This document shows positions 12,181 through 16,164 of a DNA stretch of 16,164 bases, in pieces. Position numbers and translations under genes: made by a program. This stretch comes from Paraspadella gotoi (taxonomy: Eukaryota; Animalia; Chaetognatha): the NCBI GenBank assembly GCA_051294375.1, contig CM119270.1:11644388-11660551 (forward strand). Direction: 5' to 3'. Every line of letters begins with the position of its first letter. The first letter of the stretch is position 1. The notes below the pieces were generated by a model. The model was not told the origin of the DNA, searched no databases, and saw nothing but the letters and a program-made list of their open reading frames with translations.

Positions 12181-13130
12181 AATATAAAAAATGTCGCATG
12201 TGGAAAGTTACTCGGTTGGCAAGTTAATCTCTTTTGTTTACTCAGCTGATTTATGGTCTTTTGTTTTAATTTTAGCTGACGAGTAGTCCTTTGCTTAAGT
12301 TAAGAATTCTGTTCCTTGTAGGAAAAATTTAATTGGTTCTTCTTTTATACGTGCATCCTTTCCTGTTGACATTACAGCGTGGTTAAAATCGATTATACCC
12401 GGACATTCTGACGCCGATTACTTTACATTGTCTCTATATACAGTAAAGATTAGTAAATATTTCTCTTTACCGCATTAGTATCGCTTTACCGATTCAAAAT
12501 CGCTCCACTGACGCTTTAGTATCGCTTCGATGCCGCTTTATTATCGCTTTCCGTCACAATTTTTCCGTATTTTGAATCCGAATGAAAAATGGAGAAATTT
12601 TCTGATGCATTTGAAAAAAAAGCCCAGAATTCCTTCTCCCCCTTCAAAAAAAAAAAAAAAGGCAGAAAGAGTTTTTTTTTTATTTACGAAAAAAAAAGTA
12701 AAACTTGTTTTTATTCGGCGACGCGGAAAAATGTGTTTACCGCGTTCTCGAGAGCTGAGACTTCTGCAGCATGGGTGCCGCAACCATGTTGCGATAAATG
12801 CAACAGCTTGTGACCCAAACCAGATTGCCAAAAAAAAATGGTGTTGCATTGAAAACGCTTTCTCGCCCCCTTCTCTGATGTCTGGCGGATCGTGTTTATA
12901 CTTTGAAAGTTAAAAAGAAAAACATTTCGGTGTCAAAGTGACAGAGTTTTATTACAAACTAACGACGTATTTTTGTTTTGGCTTCTTTTCATCAATTTCC
13001 GATATTCCATCACTGAAGGATTTTTCTCCCGGGTTCCAAAGGGAGACGTGAAAACCGATTTTTATATATTTTTCGCTTCACGTCCCTTTCTTCTTGTCTA
13101 TCTCGTTTTTTTTTTCTTATTCACGCACCA

Positions 13131-13495
13131 TCCCAATTTTTTCTTTATTTTCATCCCATTTTTTTCTCTTTTCTTTCTTTTCCTCCCATTTTTTAAATTT
13201 TATTTTCCTCCCATTTTTTTCTTTATTCTCATCCCATTTTTTTCTCTTTTCTTTCTTTTCCTCCCATTTTTTAAATTTTATTTTCCTCCCATTTTTTTCT
13301 TTATTTTCCTCCCGTTTTTTTTTCTTTATTTTCCTCCCATTTTTTTTCTTTCTTTTCCTCCCATTTTTTTCCTTTATTTTCTTCCTATTTTTTTTCCTTT
13401 TATTTTCCTCCCGTTTTTTTATTTATTTTCCCCCAATTTTTTTCTCTTTTCCTTCTTTTTCTCCCTTTTTTTTCTTCTCTCCCATTTTCTCCATT
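13131..13495. repeat. Minisatellite with ~23-30 bp unit (TCCCATTTTTTTCTTTATTTTCC-like) and a 78-bp higher-order duplication
   Basis: 13131-13208 is nearly identical to 13209-13286; visible as a 26-residue repeat in ORF 12973..13497. Confidence 0.9.
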
Positions 13496-13967
13496 GAAAC
13501 TCGGATCCTTCCTTCATCCACCGATTCGCTTCGGTTGTCAGTAACAGGATTTCATTTTTTTTTTTGAATGGCAAAATATCTCGAAACTGTTGAGGTGAAA
13601 TTGCTTTTATGATAGTGCGTACTGCGTAGTGCGTACCATATTGAAACCTAAATGTCCGTTCGCGTCGAATCGATATCGGTCCTCACATAACCCCACCTTT
13701 GCCACAATCCATAGATATCAATGCCAATCACCCTTACCCCCAATTTATATCCGCCCTCATTCCCGACCTTCCCCTACCCTGCAAACCCATCACTCACCCT
13801 CAAAAGATATTCATGAAAATTCCCTTCTCATTTGCACAAAAGAACAAAGGATCCTCGGTTGATAAAAAAAAATCTACCTCGTGTTGGCTGATGTTCTCTT
13901 CATTTGTCCTATTCATTCACGCCCACTCCTGTACTTCCATAACGAATATGAATAGCTCTATTTACCA

Positions 13968-14105
13968 CTTCCCAAACAGCTCTAACAAAGGATCCCCCAA
14001 TCTTATCCCCATCCGCTCCCCCAACTGCTCAATCAGCTGTTCCTCAAACCCTTTCCCCAACCGGTCCACTAACCGTTCCCCCAATCGCTCCCCCAAGAGT
14101 CCCCT
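13968..14105. repeat. Degenerate ~12-bp minisatellite (CCCAACCGCTCC-like)
   Basis: ccccaaccggtc cactaaccgttc ccccaatcgctc ccccaag; reads as SPNR repeats in the ORF track. Confidence 0.65.
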
Positions 14106-14188
14106 ACCCACGTATGAGGATCGGATTCTTCGGCGTCCAAGTAACTGATTATCGAAATCACATTTGGACGCGAGAACGCTGCCGTGGC

Positions 14189-14207
14189 CGTCGTCGTCGT
14201 CGTCGTC
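14189..14207. repeat. (CGT)6 trinucleotide microsatellite
   Basis: Direct reading. Confidence 0.9.
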
Positions 14208-14271
14208 CTTTAGCCCAGGGACGACAGCCGCGGCAGACGTGAGAGCAGCAGCTTAAACTGATGATCTCAAT

Positions 14272-14347
14272 TCTCTCTCTCCTCGTCTCTCTCTTCTCTC
14301 TCTCTCTCTCTCTCGTCTCTCTCTTTCTCTCTCTTCTCTTCTCTCTC
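14272..14347. repeat. (CT)n microsatellite
   Basis: Direct reading. Confidence 0.95.
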
Positions 14348-15071
14348 ACACCATCCGTGATCCTCGCGCGCGTGGATGGTGAATTGTTGATTGGAAATTC
14401 CCACGAAAACGTGACCGACCATTGAATGACAATCGAAGGAAGAAGACGTCTTTTTTCACTTTTTGCGCCTTTTTCACTTTTCCTTTTTTTAAAGATTCTC
14501 TTCCTAGAAAAGAACGAGTGATAAAATTTGTTTCTCTGTGTAAGAATTTTCGTTTGCGGGTTGACCGTTATTTGTTTAATTGTAACAGTAAGTAATTTGA
14601 AACTTTGTCATTTTCGGTCAACAGAATAATTTATTTTTCCATTTTCATTCATGTTCATTCTTAATTATTTAATATAAACGAGGTTTTTTTTCCTCCATAT
14701 CACTTCAACATACTATTTGTGTTTCTTTAAATGAATTGAACGATCAGTTTATTCGAGTTTTGTAAACTGTGACTCTTTGCTCTTCCGTCGCTTCTCTTTT
14801 TGACGATTTTCCTTTCCGCTACTTTCCCTCTTTCACTTACTCCTTTTTCTTTCTACCTTCTTTTTTACTTTTTTCTCAGTTTAGATCCTACTTTTATTTT
14901 GCCTTTTAATACCATTTTTCTCATTTTATTTTCATTCATTTTGGTACTCTCTATTTTCGTCTTTCCACCTTTGCTCCTTCTGCTCTTTTTTTCTTTCACT
15001 CCTCTTTCCTCATTATACTTTCGCTATTGCCTCCTTTTTATTTATGGTCCGATTTATTATTTATTATTCTC

Positions 15072-15260
15072 TTTCGCTTCTTCTCATTTCACTTTCACTC
15101 CAGTCGCCCCTTTTTTTTCACTCTTTCTCATTTCGTCTTCGCTCCTGTCGCACGTTCCTTCTCATTTTGCTTTCGCGCTAGTTGTCCCTGCTTCTTTCGC
15201 TCCTTCTCATTTTGCTTTCGCTCCTATCGCCCCTTCTTCTTTCGCTCCTTCTCACTTTCT
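15072..15260. repeat. 45-bp minisatellite (CCTTCTCATTTTGCTTTCGC...), units at 15157, 15202 and 15247 plus degenerate upstream copies
   Basis: Exact 45-bp spacing of CCTTCTCA. Confidence 0.8.
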
Positions 15261-15843
15261 AAAGCTCCAGCCGCCCCCCGCCCTTTTCCCTCATTCCGCC
15301 CCAACGGAGAGACTTTTCTCAATTTCTGCGGCCAAATCAGTTGTCACCGCGAATTCGTCGGACCGAGGAGGAGGAATCCGGATTGCCGAGGGGGGGGGCG
15401 GGGGGGCGGAGTTCGAAAAGGTGTTGAGGGAGTAACGAATGGCGACACGGATGAAAGGAAGAGTAACGTCGCTTCTCGTTGATACTGTAGGACCGAATGC
15501 TGAATGAGCGCTTGATAGGCTGCATTGGAATTTAAAAATTTGTGATTCTCACAAAATAAAATGAAACATTTTATTCAAAAATGGAACGAGAAGATTTTGT
15601 AGGCTCGGGTGATCTTTTTAAAATATCGAAACCGGATACAAACTGTAAGCTTCTGCATTGTATCGACAGGTGTGAAATGAAAAGCTTTCAACTAGTTTTT
15701 AGCCGAAGCGACAATTTCTTTTGCGCGGGAGAGAGATTATTGGAGGCAGCGAAACAACTGTGCGACTGAACTAATGACAACAGTGACGTTGACAAGTGAC
15801 GACAGTCGCTGTACCTCGAAACTGGTGACGGTGATTGACTTAC

Positions 15844-15924
15844 CTATTCGGGAGAAAAACCTTCCCCGGACTCGCGACCTCATTGGACAGTGATGAACCG
15901 ACTCGCTCCGGTGAAATATCATCG
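15844..15924 (-). CDS. Candidate 81-nt internal (cassette) exon of an unidentified minus-strand gene
   Basis: The minus strand reads cctcttgtcaccAG|81 nt ending AG|GTAAGT (full consensus donor). The length is divisible by 3 and two frames are open: DDISPERVGSSLSNEVASPGKVFLPN or MIFHRSESVHHCPMRSRVRGRFFSRI. No homology or transcript support is available. Confidence 0.35.
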
Positions 15925-16127
15925 CTGGTGACAAGAGGCTCGGGGTGATCGGGGGGGGGAATGCGGAAGGTGGGATTCTTCGAGTGGGAACCTTTCGTGG
16001 AAATGGTGCATAGGTCGGTGTTATAAAAGAAGTAAGGTAAATCTCGGGAAACTAAACCCAAAAAGGTAATTTGTGTCGATGAAGGCTGCGTCGATCAGCG
16101 GAATGGATTGAGACCCAAACTAATCGA

Positions 16128-16128
<1 letters not shown>

Positions 16129-16164
<36 letters not shown>
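16129..16164. repeat. (GA)n microsatellite running off the window end
   Basis: Direct reading. Confidence 0.95.

Noticed and set aside
12741-12806. Possible 66-nt minus-strand exon (cacaAG|...CG|GTAAAC), all frames open
   Set aside because: The AAG acceptor lacks an adjacent pyrimidine tract, the donor is weak and no peptide is recognisable; this is expected by chance.
13613-13636. 7-bp tandem TA(G/C)TGCG x3.4
   Set aside because: Ordinary short slippage repeat with no evidence of function.
12973-15482. ORFs with peptide repeats (FPPIFF, SPNR, PSHFAFA)
   Set aside because: These are translations of pyrimidine-rich minisatellites, with no recognisable domain or splice structure.
1-16164. 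CRISPR array, tRNA/rRNA genes, prokaryotic operon or defence system
   Set aside because: There is no regular repeat-spacer array, cloverleaf or rRNA motif, or gene-dense organisation; the sequence is eukaryotic low-complexity DNA.

Overview
Eukaryotic, microsatellite-saturated, almost entirely non-coding draft-assembly sequence, probably intronic or intergenic. The dense (CT)n/(GA)n and polypurine/polypyrimidine tracts resemble decapod crustacean (e.g. penaeid shrimp) genomes; this is inference from composition only. The dominant structure is a segmental repeat. Block A (~1.7-1.9 kb) occurs three times (starts 2051, 3817, 7264) and block B (~1.4-1.5 kb) twice (starts 5791, 9324). The copies are separated by two gaps of exactly 25 N and differ mainly by scattered 1-2 bp indels, which points to a long-read gap-filling artefact; the true locus is probably ~11 kb. 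None of the supplied ORFs looks like a real protein. The best candidates for function are an 81-nt minus-strand cassette exon or recursive splice site (15844-15924), a few weaker splice-signal clusters and a few transcription-factor motifs. I cannot support a novel biological system here.
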